Shown here: in pieces, positions 1-12,922 of the stretch
How positions within the stretch are numbered: the first letter of the stretch is position 1
Layout of the letters: every line of letters starts with the position of its first letter
Assembly (NCBI GenBank): GCA_045837725.1
Contig: JBEWZL010000036.1
Span: 124,001-188,000, forward strand
From: Vermamoeba vermiformis
Taxonomy: Eukaryota
Reading direction: 5' to 3'
Length of the DNA: 64,000 nucleotides
Notes under the pieces: generated by a model
Databases searched by the model: none
What the model was told of the DNA's origin: nothing
Seen by the model: only the letters and a program-made list of their open reading frames with translations
Program-made: the position numbers and the translations under genes

Positions 1-1864
1 GGCTTATTTGGCTGATTACACCGTTGGTGGCAGCGTTCACTTGGTCGTCAACAATCAATTGGGCTTCACTGCTACTGAGCGTGAAACTCGCTCTGCTCGC
101 TATTGCACGGACATCGCCAAGTTGATCGGTGCTCCAGTCTTCCACGCTAATGCTGACAGACCTGAAGAAGTAGCTGCCGTCACTGAGATTGCAGTGGACT
201 TCCGCAACAAGTTCAAGAAGGACGTGTTCGTCAACGTGATTGGTTACCGCCGCTACGGTCATAATGAAATGGACGAGCCTTCATTCACTCAACCCTCGAT
301 GTACTCCAAGATCAGATCCACTCCTTCCGTCGTGCAATTGTACAAACAAAGCTTGGAAAAGAAGGGCGTAGCTGTCAATGTTGATGCTGAGCTCAGCGAG
401 TTCAGCAAGTACTTGGACGAGCAATTCCAGAAGATCCAAGACTACACTCCTCAATTCCAACACCTCCAAGGCAAGTGGGCTGGATTCAAGCAGTTCTCTA
501 TTGATGAGAGCAACGTGGACTCGTGGAAAGCTGAATGGACTCCCGAGACTGGTTTTGACGTCGAGAAGTTGAGACAAATTGGTCTCACTACTTGCAGTGC
601 TAAGACCATTGAGGTCCACCGCTTGTTGCAGCGATACTTCCAGGGCCGAAAACAAAAGTTGGAGGCTGGCAGCGGCATTGACTGGCCGACAGCTGAGGCT
701 TTGGCTGTTGGATCACTCGTGGTCGAAGGTCACGATGTGCGATTGAGCGGTCAAGACACTGGCCGTGGTACATTCAGTCACCGTCATTGGAAGCTTTGGG
801 ACCAGACTCCCGCTGAATTTGACGGCGAGACAGGCGTTAAGTACGAAATGCCTCTGAACAACTTGCAATCCAAACAAGGTCGCGTCACTTCTGTCAACAG
901 TTTGTTGAGCGAACAGGCTGTCTTGGGCTTCGGTAAGTCCTTCTTGTATTGTTATCACTTATCTAATTAATATCAGAGTACGGCTACAGCTTCGAAGAAC
1001 CGAATGCTTTGACTATCTGGGAGGCTCAATTTGGTGACTTTGCCAACGGAGCACAGATGATTATTGACCAGTTCATCGTGTCAGCTGAAGACAAATGGGC
1101 TCGTCAATCAGGCGTTGTTCTCTTGTTGCCTCACGGTTACGACGGTGCTGGTCCCGAGCACAGCTCAGCACGCATTGAGCGATACTTGCAAGCTGCCAAC
1201 GACGATCAATTCCGTCGAGTTCCTGACTCACGCGACAAATCAATTGTTCCCAACATCAGTGTCATTTACCCCTCAACTCCTGCTAACTACTTCCACGCCT
1301 TGAGACGTCAAATGAAGCGTAACTTCCGCAAGCCGTTGGTTGTGATCGGTCCCAAGACTTTGTTGCGTGATCCCATGGCCTCGTCTAGCCTTGAAGAAAT
1401 GGGCCCTGGCACTCGCTTCCAATCTATCTTCCCCGACAATAATGCAGATTCGATGAGGTACGTAACCAATACAGTCATATTTAACGCGTCCTAACTATTC
1501 GTACAGAGTCCAAAAGGTCGTTTTCTGCTCTGGCAAAATCTTTTACGAATTGTTGAACGAGCGAAAGAAGCGCAATGCTGAAGCAGAAGTCGCCTTGATT
1601 CGCATTGAAGAATTGACGCCGTTCCCTGCTGAAGAACTTGAGCAAGAAATGTTCAAGTACCGTCACGTGATGCAATTCGTGTGGTGTCAAGAAGAGCCTC
1701 AGAACATGGGCGCGTGGTCATTCATTGCCCCTCGCTTCAAGAACTTCTTGAACATTGATTTGCAGCTCGTCAGCCAACCTCCTTTGGGACCCTCCGCTGT
1801 CGGCAACAGTGCTGCTCATCAGTACTGGTCTAAGCACGTCATTAGCTCGTGCTTCGATATTTAA
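1..1864 (+). CDS. DHTKD1: 2-oxoadipate/2-oxoglutarate dehydrogenase E1 component, DHTKD1-like (5' truncated by window; introns 933-976 and 1458-1506)
   Basis: Motifs [83 protein letters not shown] and GYDGAGP fit DHTKD1 better than OGDH. GT-AG introns restore the frame. Confidence 0.85.
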
Positions 1865-1980
1865 ATGAATATCAACACTATTGTGCTATTAATATCTCAA
1901 GTATATTCAATTGGCATTCAAAAAAGTCAACGATACAAATGTAAATAAAAAAATTACAAGCAAACTACCGCGAAGTTTAT

Positions 1981-3091
1981 TTACATAACGTTAGCCAGGA
2001 CTAACATAATTACAGAGACTAACGATAATACTGATACTGTTGACGAGTCATTAGCTAAAATACATAATTAGTAGCGTAATTACGAAATAAAACTCCTTAC
2101 TGTATGACATAAAGATTGTGCCATTGGTTTTGTGAGGCGCAGTGACTTGAAGCCATAAGAGCTTGATATCCGTAGTGTCTAACTGAAACTTCGTTTCTGT
2201 TTGAAGTAAGCCACAGGCATCCAAAAAAATTTTGGACTTCTTACCCTCCCCAGCGATAATATTTTGAGTCATGTACACACCACCGGGTTGCGGTTGAGTT
2301 GGACACGAGTCTTTGCCCCCAACCAGGATGACGCTGCAATTGAACTCGGTGTTCAAGTCGAACGAGAATTCAGCCGAGGGTTCTTTGACTTCAATCACGA
2401 AGTATCTGACGCAATCAATAGTGTAGCCTCTAGAACATAATATTGTATGTTTGGTCTGGTCGGAAAGATGTTTGACAGGAACTGATTGCATAAAAAGTTA
2501 ATTCACAAAATCATCGATCTGGATGCTTCACCTACAGGCGAACAGCTCTACATGAAGCCAGGCCTTCCATCCATCAGAATTAGCTGAAAAATACACAGAA
2601 ACAATATCGTATACAGGTGTTGGCCGAACACAAGGATCTGCAGAACAAAACCACGTCAGTAATCAATTTATTAAAAAGCAATATTAATTACCTAGTATGA
2701 AGCCAACAGAGGAGTCAAATGTTGAAATATTTTCTCTTTGATCTACAATATTCGGAATCTTGAAAAAATTAGCATTTTATCTGATTTGGTATCAAAGAAA
2801 TACATTGATTTTAAGTCAAATTATTATACGTCGACTAATACTTACATTGATAGAATACGAGGGAAATTCTGCGGAGGCAGACAGGTTAAAATACGTTCCC
2901 TGTGTAACATTCCACACAAATCCGTAGGCTATTGAAGCAAGTGATTGAGTGTACGTATCCAAGTCTGACGAGAATGTTCTATTGAAAGAGTTCACCGACA
3001 TTACGCCGGGAGTATCATCCTGAGCGCGGATGTGGCAGATCAAACCACTAATGATTACAAATATTAACACAATACCGAGCACTCGAAACAT
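1981..3091 (-). CDS. Secreted, possibly GPI-anchored protein of unknown function (multi-exon)
   Basis: Signal peptide MFRVLGIVLIFVIISGLICHIRA. Last exon encodes hydrophobic tail DSSTVSVLSLVSVIMLVLANVM-stop at 1981. GT-AG introns join the ORFs. Confidence 0.65.
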
Positions 3092-3514
3092 ATCGAGTTG
3101 TGGTAGTGCTTTCAAATGAATTATACAAAATCGGAACAAATTGCGAGGTAGGTGACAGCTGTCACCGCATGTGTCGACAGTAACAAAGTTTAATCGACAA
3201 GGTAGATAATGAGCAACATATTTTTGTTTGTTTAAGCTAACATGGATTTTTATCAGCTTTTTGTTTATCTCCACCTGAAGTGGTGAAGAGTTGGTCTCCG
3301 CCGGTGGAGTAACGACGAGCCGACGCGTTTATCTTCTATCGTCGGGCAACCGAAGATTAATTTGGTTGCCTGGATGCTCGGTTGTGCGCCACAACAGAGA
3401 ATTCAGCCCAAATTTTTCAGCCCAAAATTTGCCTCGGACGAATTCTTTTTTCGACCAACCAACCACCAAAAACGAATTGCAAAACTGAATCATTTACTGC
3501 CGTTCCACGAAACA

Positions 3515-6500
3515 ATGCACCATCCAACAGTTGTATTTATTGTTACGTTGTGTTTGCTAGCAGGCCAAGCAGTGAGCAACTCTTGCCAAAGCTGCACCGT
3601 ATCTACCGAGTGCCAGCAAGGGTTTTATTGCTGCAATAACACGTGTAATCCATTGCCTAGCTTGGGCGAGGTGTGCCCGTGCTCAGTGTATGTCTCATTA
3701 TTATATCCTGATTTGTTAGTAACGGATTTGTTGCCAGATGTCCTTCCGGTCTGACCTGTCAAGGAGGCGTATGCGTGTTCAATGGTCTCAACTGCCCCTG
3801 TAACGATGTGAGTGATTGCACTCTGGATCTTTTCAATCATGGTGGGCAAGTTGCTACTTGCGTGAACAACACGTGTCGTAAGTGTCAAACAAACAGTTTT
3901 TTTTGCGTTACTTTTTTAAACTGGTTGTAATCAGGACTCACTTCAAGCGTGCCTCCCGTCAGTTACTTCACGCCAGGAGGTCCTTGTGACTCTTCTTGCA
4001 GAGGATACTGCGTCGACAACACGACCTGTGGTTACACACCAGATCGTGAGCTGTGTAACGGCTATACGTTCTATTCTTGTCTGCCTGGTAATGCCACCAG
4101 TGTGTCGTTTATCGATTGCTAACCACTGACAGGTTCTGCCTGTATGCTTAATCTCAACGGTGTCTACATTTGTCAGGCCCGCAACAAGGTGTTAGGCGAG
4201 GAGTGTCTAGGGGCGTATGAGTGTAATGGCAGTACGTGCCGCAACGCTTCAGTTGGAGTTCCTGCCACCTGCATGGCCCCTGGACAGGCTGGTGACTACT
4301 GCACAAGCTACTCGCAATGCAACAACATGAACTGCACTAACAACGCCTGTGAACCTCCTTTAAGAGTAAGTGTCAATCAAGGCCAGTCTAGCTATAACCG
4401 TTAGCTACTACATCCATTGTTAGGGCGAAGCGTGTTTCCTAAGCAGCGTTTGTGCCCCAGGGGATGTTTGCGGCTACAACTCCATCTGTGTGCAACAAGG
4501 CAGCAAAGCGGACTATGAACTTTGCCGTTCAAGTGCCGAATGTCAGTCCTCCATTTGCAATGGACGTTGTTGGCCCCAGTCGCAGATTGGTGGCTCTTGT
4601 AACGTCACTGAACAATGTCCCAACGGTCGCTGCGTTGACAACAAGTGCTACGGCCTCTCATTAACAGGAGAGAAGTGTAATTCGACCTACACCTGCTTTA
4701 ACGCTGCTCGTCCTTGCAAGAATGGCTATTGTCCCGCCTTCTACACTCCGTTGGCAAGTAGACTGATCACGTAACGATCCACAACCGCAGTGTCTAATCG
4801 GTTCTATCAGGGCGACTCATGTACAACCAACGACGAGTGCGCAGTAGGTAGCTGTGCTAGCGGAAAGTGCGACTATCCACTCACCTGCAATGTCACGGCT
4901 GACTGTGGCAAAAATTTGGTTTGCGACTGCGGCCAGTGCAAATTCATGCAAACCTCGAGCACAATCTATTCTTTGACTGGAAGTTACTACGGATTAGAAG
5001 CGTATCAATTTATGTCGAGGAATCCAGAGCGAGCCTGCATTGACAGCCGTACTTTGAATGCTCAGTGCGAGCCTATCATCGCCAAGTACTTCTGTTACAC
5101 GTTCTGCGGTTACAATGCAGCTTTTCCAAACGGTTATCCTGCTACTGTGAAAGTTGATTGTGCTACGTTGGTAAGTCCTCGATGCTCATTCATTCGCTAG
5201 GTACATGCTGACACTCGGCAACAGACAGTGCAGTCCTTCAATGTGACCAAACAACCTTGTTGCTCTGCGACGTCGCAAGGTGACTGCAGCGACGCCGTCT
5301 CTAACTGTCACGTGTTCAATGGTAGGTTGAACTTTGACGAATACGCCATGGCTAACCTCTTCATTAGACAATCAGCTCGGTCCATTTATCACTCGCCCTG
5401 CTCAACCAGTTAGCCTTCCTCCGACCACGACAACTCCAGCGACCAGTGCTCCAGTGCCGACACCTAGTGCTGTCCCACTAGCCTCCTCCCCTTTGCCACC
5501 GACCCCACCGCAATCAGCTCCTATGGCCTCGTCCCCATTGCCATTAAACCCTCCTCAATCCTCCACGCCTACTAGTGCACCACAGGTTGTACCGCCTACT
5601 TCGAATGCTCCAATTACCACTCCGACCTCTCCAAGCTGCAATTGCGCTGCACCAACGCCGTTGTGTGACCAAGGACTGGACAATGTGTGCGTCGGACAAC
5701 GCGTGACACCCATCGTACAATGTGTCGAGCACTCTAACTACCAATACACTGCGTTCATGACTTACAACAATGAACAGTCAACTAATGTCACGCTGAGTGA
5801 TACGATTAACTTTTTGAACGTCAATGTGCAGGCCAAAGTGACTTTGTTCACGCCTGGTCGTCCATTTACTTACCCTCAAAGTGCTTTCACCGTACGAAAC
5901 TTCCAAATTAAAATTGAATTATTATTGATAACGCTTTGACGCAGGTCACGACATCGAGTGCTCAACAAGTCTCGTGGTACCTCGACGGCTTCAGACTCAC
6001 TTTTGACATTGCTGACGACAACCTCCTTTGTCCGCAAGGTAAATCCATCTGGCCCACCTAATGGCCATCGACACGGGGTTTATGACGTTCTAATCATCGA
6101 CATAGATGTGACCTTCCAAATGACATCTTCAGCCACAGTCGAACAACTGATCGCCGTCTCCGACAGTCTCATCGGAAACCTCTCCGATGTGATGCAAGTC
6201 GACAAATCGAGACTAAACGTTACATTCTCTTCCTCAAACAAGCGTCAAACTGCCTCATCAGTGATCACTGTGGTCGTGAAAGCTGATCAAACATCGTCGT
6301 CGTCTTCATCGCAAGTCGTGCTCAACTTTGTCCAAACAGGCTTCAGGACATTCACCTCTCGCGTCCCTACTGCTTCTATCGCCTCTGTGACGACAGTTCC
6401 ACCTCCAAGTACGTACAAATGAATTTAATACTCTATCATGTGTGGTTTGCTAACCCTTTTTTGAACCAGACGAAAAATCGGGCTCCGCGGCAGTCAGCCC

Positions 6501-6622
6501 TCCCACGAACAATCACTCCTTCAACCACCGAATCACGACCGCCAAGAAGCACAGTGAGCGGTGGCGCTCGAGTCCTTGCGAGCTTCGTTTTGTTGTGTTG
6601 TTCCTTTCTTGCTCTAGCTTAA
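3515..6622 (+). CDS. Large cysteine-rich cell-surface protein: signal peptide, many Cys repeats, Pro/Thr/Ser stalk, C-terminal hydrophobic (GPI-like) tail
   Basis: MHHPTVVFIVTLCLLAGQAVS signal; repeated G-x-x-C-x5-C-x3-4-C-x4-C units over several exons; PTS-rich segment ~5400-5635; ends ...SGGARVLASFVLLCCSFLALA-stop. Confidence 0.75.
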
Positions 6623-6740
6623 GTTTTTTCTGAGAGCAAACATAACCATTTGTCAATCAGTTATTAAACACTATGGTTATTCACTATGTAAATGACGATA
6701 GCCGCGTTTGATGTCGTAATAGTGCTGTTTTATTGTGCGA

Positions 6741-8008
6741 TTACACGGAAGTATATCCGCCCTTGTTTCTGCGCGACAACTTGACGGCACCGAAGATGAG
6801 CAAACCGACAACAAGCAGACCACCGAGAGCAATGAGAACATAGGCCCAAGTCGGCAAACCTGAGGGCTTGTCGTTGCTAGGCGTGGCAACAGGTGCTTGG
6901 GGCACATTGGCGACTACGATCGATGCGTTAGCTTTGCCTTAATTAGTCTTAAGTTAAAAGGTTGCGTACCGGTATATGAGAACTTGATAGTTGATCTCTC
7001 AGTGAGGGGAGTGTCGACGGAGTATTGGAGCCAGAATCGCGTTGTCTTGCTCACTTGCGCGTTGACGACAAGAGCTGCAAAGTGTCAGTAAAACACAGAA
7101 CATTTGACACGTGTCTCGGACTCTGGGACTTACGCGAGTCATCGTTGACTTGCTGTTGCACGTGCACGCCTCTGTTGGGTGACCACGCGGTGGGACAGTT
7201 GCCCTCACCACCTGCAAATGTCAAAGTGGCGATGTCACCGTTGACACGTGTCGCGGTAAAGTTCAAAATGTAGTCATCTGCAGGGTTTTCAATGTCGATG
7301 AAAAGAAATCTAGTGCAGCCACCGACACTAGGGCATTGAATCTCTTTTTGATCATTGTTGGTGAGGCGGATCACATCCACTGTCAAAGTGTCAGTTTTGA
7401 AAAGTGCAAGGTTAAGCCAATAAACGCTTACCCAGTCCTACTGTTGTGTAGAGTTGACCATCGAGACTGTCAGTAGTAGCGTTGTAATGAAGACGAACAG
7501 TTTGATTCACTGGAACTGGGAATCTGCACGGATCTAATTTCCATTCAATTAGATCGTTTTCCGCTGAGCAATTATTACTCACCAGAAAAGCCTCCCGTGA
7601 ATCCTTGTAGAGACGAGGTAATATTGGCGTAAAAAGAATGGGGAATAGCCTAATAATAAATAAATAATCATTTATCAATAATATTGTAGTTATTTCTTGA
7701 TTTTAATATCAAAAAGCCAGTGATCGTAGCAGATTGACGATATTCAAAGTACTTACGGAATCAATAGAATCTTCTGAGAATGCAACAGAAACATCTTGGA
7801 AAATAACAAATGAGAACGGGCTTGACACGTTAAAGCCAAGACTATATGCAGCGGATGCAAGTCCTTGGCCCGGCATTAGAGTCGGGAAATCGATTGTTTC
7901 GTTGGATGCGGTGTGGATGCTGCTGAAGGGCACGCCGTAAGTGACAGACATGTCTGCCCAAGCTGCGGTCAAACAGCACAATAATACTACAGCAAGTGTT
8001 GTCTTCAT
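6741..8008 (-). CDS. Type I membrane protein of unknown function with C-terminal GYxxV tail
   Basis: Signal MKTTLAVVLLCCLTAAWA; last exon TM HVLIALGGLLVVGLLIFGAV then KLSRRNKGGYTSV-stop at 6741. Confidence 0.7.
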
Positions 8009-8331
8009 TGTTAGTGCTGAGCGATAAAAATGGACTTGATTTTATTGTTCGGCCAAAAGCGAAATGATTCACCCCATGTATCCGTATTTTAGTTTGCGTA
8101 TTTTGCATTAGCGTTTCTTCATCCAATCACAGAGTAGAAGGGCGATATAGGATATTTTACCTATATGCTAGAACGAATGGACTCGCATGGGCTGGCTTTT
8201 TACGATGACTTTTATGCTGAGCGATTATTAATTCTTTTTAATACCATGCTGTTTTACATTCAGTTACAATAATTACTAGCAGCTAGTCGATGAAATTACA
8301 ACACCAAACACACTCTCTACTGCTACACTGC

Positions 8332-9685
8332 TTAAACAGTGTTGTAAGTGGCACGACGTTTGTTCTTGACGCACATGACAATGACGACGATCAGCAACAC
8401 GCCGATCAACAGACCGAACACGATGAGCAGTGCCGTGGCCCAGCTGGGGAGTTCGTTGTTTTCGTCACCAGCGGGGGTGGTCGAGGGAGTCACGAGGACT
8501 GGCGTGTTGGTGACAGGGCCCTCAGTGATGGGGACTGCTTGGGGCTCTTCAGCACTCGGGGCTGCGGGTTCAGCAGCGACAGGGGCGGTGGGCTCGGCAA
8601 GGGGCTGTTCGGCATTGGGCTCATTCATTGGGGGAGGCACGAGAGCTAAGAGTGACTTGTTAGTTCTCACAAGGTAGGGGAGATGGGTTAGTGTGCTTAC
8701 GAATCCAAGTGAAGGTCAATTGAGGCATAGCCAGAGAAGAGGTGGCATTGACGGCAACCCAAAGTGCGGTGTTGGAGGTGACGTTCGTTAAAAGAGCAGT
8801 CGCTGGACAAATGGTTAGCTTGACTGTAGTGATAGAAATCGTCTGATTCATACGTGTAGTGCTGAGCGTGTGCACGGCATCCGAGGAGGGCAAGTATCAC
8901 CGCCAATAAAGAGAAACTTCAGCGGCGGATGTGGCTTCCGGGCCCATAAATACCAAGTCTCTCCTTCGGTGACATTGACTTGAATAGTGTAGTAGAATAC
9001 GCAAGATACACCGAGAAGAGTTTCGGCACCGCACTTGAAGTCGAAAGCTGTTGCATTTTGGATGGCGGGAATTTCAACTGGGCTGTGGTCAGGTCGCAGC
9101 ATGAGATGATGAAAATTTAACGATCTTACCTGTGCCAGTAGTCAAAGTAGCCTCTCCAGACACACCGTCAGTAGCGGCGTTAAAATTTACAACGACAGGA
9201 GTAGTTTCAGACACGGTAGAAACACAAGGATCTATTGCAAGTTTAAAAGGCTGCTGTATGCTTGATTATAGATAGATAACTTACTAACCACACCACTGGT
9301 CGAGGAGATTGAGGGAGCTGGGGTTTCAGCCGTCTTGGTGTATTTAGCCTGCATCCAAGTCAGGTAAGATATTTTAAATATTTTAAACCTGAATTCCGAT
9401 AATTTTAACCTAATTATAATACATAACACTTACAACGCTTTTAAGCTTCTCGCTGACATAAACATCGACGGTAACATTAACAGAAGTAGCATCTGAAACA
9501 TTCCAAGACACGTAGTAAAACACAGCTTGAGGCAGTCCTTCAGCGGAGGGAGTGAAGGAGGTGTTGGAGTTTATTCCTTGCGTAGCATTCAAGCTTGCAG
9601 TGCCTGTAACAGGTGTTGTTTGACAGGAGATCTGATTCGCCAAAGTCATAAATAAGATGGCAGCAACTACAACGCGAGCCAACAT
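8332..9685 (-). CDS. Type I membrane protein with Pro/Glu/Ala-rich stalk and YxxV tail
   Basis: Signal MLARVVVAAILFMTLANQISC; EP/AP-rich stalk; TM ALLIVFGLLIGVLLIVVIVMCV; tail KNKRRATYNTV-stop. Confidence 0.7.
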
Positions 9686-9874
9686 TTTCGTTTTTGTGTT
9701 GATATGTTGCGGTCTAAAGAATAAATAACGAAAATACACAGAAGCGCTTTAATGCGGCGGGATCACAACGACATCTGCGAAAATTTGAAACGCGGAATAC
9801 CTGGAACAGTCGAAGGAATTGTTTACAAATTTTATCCTTTAAGACTATAAATCCAGTCGACGAAGTTTGCGTCC

Positions 9875-12797
9875 TTATTTGCTGAAGCGAGTGATGAAAG
9901 ACTGGATCATGCCTGAAATTGTTTTGTCAGATCGATCCACAAACCGAACCACAATTCACGTACCTTCATGCGTAGGAGCGAATTCTTTCAAGACGGCCTT
10001 GTCACCTTCAATGTGAGTGTGGGGCTGTACGAAGACACGACGAGGCTTCTTCTTGGCCATGACAATGTCACGCAGTTTGAGCTCCATGTCACTGACACCA
10101 GAGTAGACTACAAAGAAGTTAATATGACAGCTATTGATAGCATTGTGAAGTACGTACGATTGAACATTTGAGTAGCAGACTCGACGTCAGCAAGGGCCTT
10201 GTAGACGTCTGGGAAAGATTAGTAAGACATCTGTACGAATGACACGTGTCAAAGTGTCACTTACTGATCTTCATCAAGAACTTGCCAATGGCTTCTTTGC
10301 CCACTGTTTCAATCTTTGATCGGTCCAATGAGATTTCAAAGTCATCGCCGCTGTGGAGACATTAGCACTAAGACTTTCAGGACCTAGATTTTACTTACGC
10401 GTCGTTGATCTTGATGGACACGAATCCTTGGCCTGCTTCTCGCAACACGCTGAGGATCGAATAACGTGCTTGCATGTGAGCCTGTGTGGTGTTAATAACA
10501 ATGACATCGAAGTGCTGTCGTTACGTACTTGACGCCACTTGGAGGTTTGAGGTGAATAGAACTCAAGGCCCAACACACCAGCGCGGACCATGTTGAGCCA
10601 GTTGATGTACAAAATATCTTCGGCGTCTTGGCCAGAGTAGCCGAACAAGCTCAAGAGCTCTCGGTTCAAGCACAAATAGATACCGCAGCATTCAGCACGG
10701 CATTCTAAGCACGCAGTTATTGCTCTGTCACTCACACATTCATAAGTTTTACGTACCTTCCATCGCAGAGCCCAAGCTCGAGAAGGTCGAGTCGTAGTTA
10801 GTGCCGGGTTTGTACCAAGTGGCTATCGCGGCAGTTAGATTTAAGTTCGTTGAAAGTGCTTAGTAACGTACCGATAGGCTTGCCAGTGACGGGGTTGAGA
10901 GTGTTCTTGTCAAAGTTCAATTGACCCTTCTCGTCTTCAGTGAAAATCTTGCCAGATCCGTGGCCCAACAACTCGTGGATGCCAACTGAACCAGAGATTA
11001 GATGGGGCACAATAAATCTTGCAGTCGATTACCTTGCACTTCAAATGCCTTGTTCAGCAAATTCTTGAATGGCTCTTGATCAGCATCGCCCAAGAAAGTG
11101 ACGCGCTCGTCCATCTTCGAGGCACGCAACACGTTGCCGAGACTGACGTTCTTGAAGCCCAGCACGTGTCTCACGTCGTCGTAGTTAGGCAAGTTACTAA
11201 AAAGGAAAGTGTCAAGATTGAGGACTACACGTTAAGAAATTGTTGCAAAGACTCACATGCCAGCGGGAATGCCGGAAGTGGCAAAAGCAACGACTTCAAG
11301 TGAGGTGAAGTCAGGCTTCATGAAGGTGTCCTTGTGATACTCGCGAGGCCAAGGCATGTCTTGCAAGAACTTCTCTGCGTTGTCAACGAGACGACCAAAC
11401 TTTGCACTCATTTCTTTGTTGACAACCGACACGAAACCTTCCCATTCCGCGCGCACACCTGTAGCATTTACATGTCAATTTACGTGTCATAACCAATCTT
11501 TTTATGGCTGAGACGTACCAAAGGGATCACGATAAGTCTCGATAAAACCAATGTTCGATTCGACGACAGGACCAATGTCTTTGATCCAATGGCGTTGAGC
11601 CTCTTTGTGGTCCTCTGCACCATTGTCAATTAATGCTATTCAGGCAAGGTGTTCTTATTGATCTTACCAACGTCACCGCCTCTGAAGTGCTTCACGTAGT
11701 ACTTCAACATCTCGCGCTCGTGGTCGTTAGCAGCGAATGCAATAGCCTTCTCCAAGTTGTCAGCAACGTTCTTCAAGTACTTTGAGAAGTCTCCGTGCAC
11801 AACGCGAATCTTAATGCCTGCGTGCTCGTGCTCCACTACTGGCTTGGATTCTGCACTCGCAAGACGGAGCTCGTAGACTATATTAGGAAAGAATTTCCAT
11901 ATTAGGCAAGGTCGATCATGACACGTGGTCTAATATACTATAAGTGCCTGCTATTACCTTTATCATCGACTTTGAACAGACGCGTGTTGTAGCCTTCAAT
12001 CTTGTTGGCACTCATCCAGTCTTGCACGACTTGGATCTCAGCGCGAGTGATGCCCTCAGAGTAGAAGCTTGAGACACCCTTGCCATCGAGACCCATCTCT
12101 TTTTCGTTCTCGGCCAGTGAGTAGATTTTATCCGCGCACCTGTAGTTCATTTGTTAGGACATCCGAGCACAAATGAAATTTTAAAATTACTTACTTGTTG
12201 TACAAATCAGTGATTTCCTTCGAGTCCAAAGAGGCGATTAAACTGTTAAATTTCTCTCTGGGCAAACGAGGCTAACAAATAATTTTAATGGAGTTAGTAT
12301 TTGAAAGTTTTTCCGCGAGATCAAATTAGAAAAATCTTACGATGAACTTTTGGTCTCCAAAGCTCTTGTAGTTGCCCATATTTCCGTAGAAATAAGTCAC
12401 ATAGTTCAAAAATTGATTGAACTCATCGTCAGAGAGTGATTGGCACTTGGATCTAAGAGTTTGCAAATTGAAAGAATGGAACACGGCTTGGAACAATTCT
12501 AAAATTGCGAGAGACTCGTTTGAGGTTTGTTCGAAGGTAATATAAGCACCTTCCCATGCAGCTGTAATTTTGAATAATTATTAGTAATTGTTTCTAAATT
12601 AAGAATTCCTCGGTCTTTATACGATATCAGGCGTCGTTGTTGGATATTTCGTTGCTTTAAATATATGGTAGCATATTGTGCGTACCTTTAGCAATGTAAT
12701 GAGCATATTTCTTTTCAGCTTCAGTCAATCTGTTCCAGCTGTCCACGCAATCCAACGTCAAAATTGGAACTTCAGTGGGAGTAAGATGTTCTTCCAT
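9875..12797 (-). CDS. DPP3: Dipeptidyl peptidase III (peptidase M49)
   Basis: [10 protein letters not shown] and EECRAE zinc motifs after splicing; [33 protein letters not shown] also present. Confidence 0.95.
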
Positions 12798-12922
12798 GGT
12801 GGTTATATTGAGTCGTTTGTATTTAACAATATCGACGCGGTCTATTACACCAGAAAATTAGGCGAGCCAAAAATAGAAAATTTTTCAGGTTCTTTGGAAC
12901 TGATAATTTACATTTGACAAAT

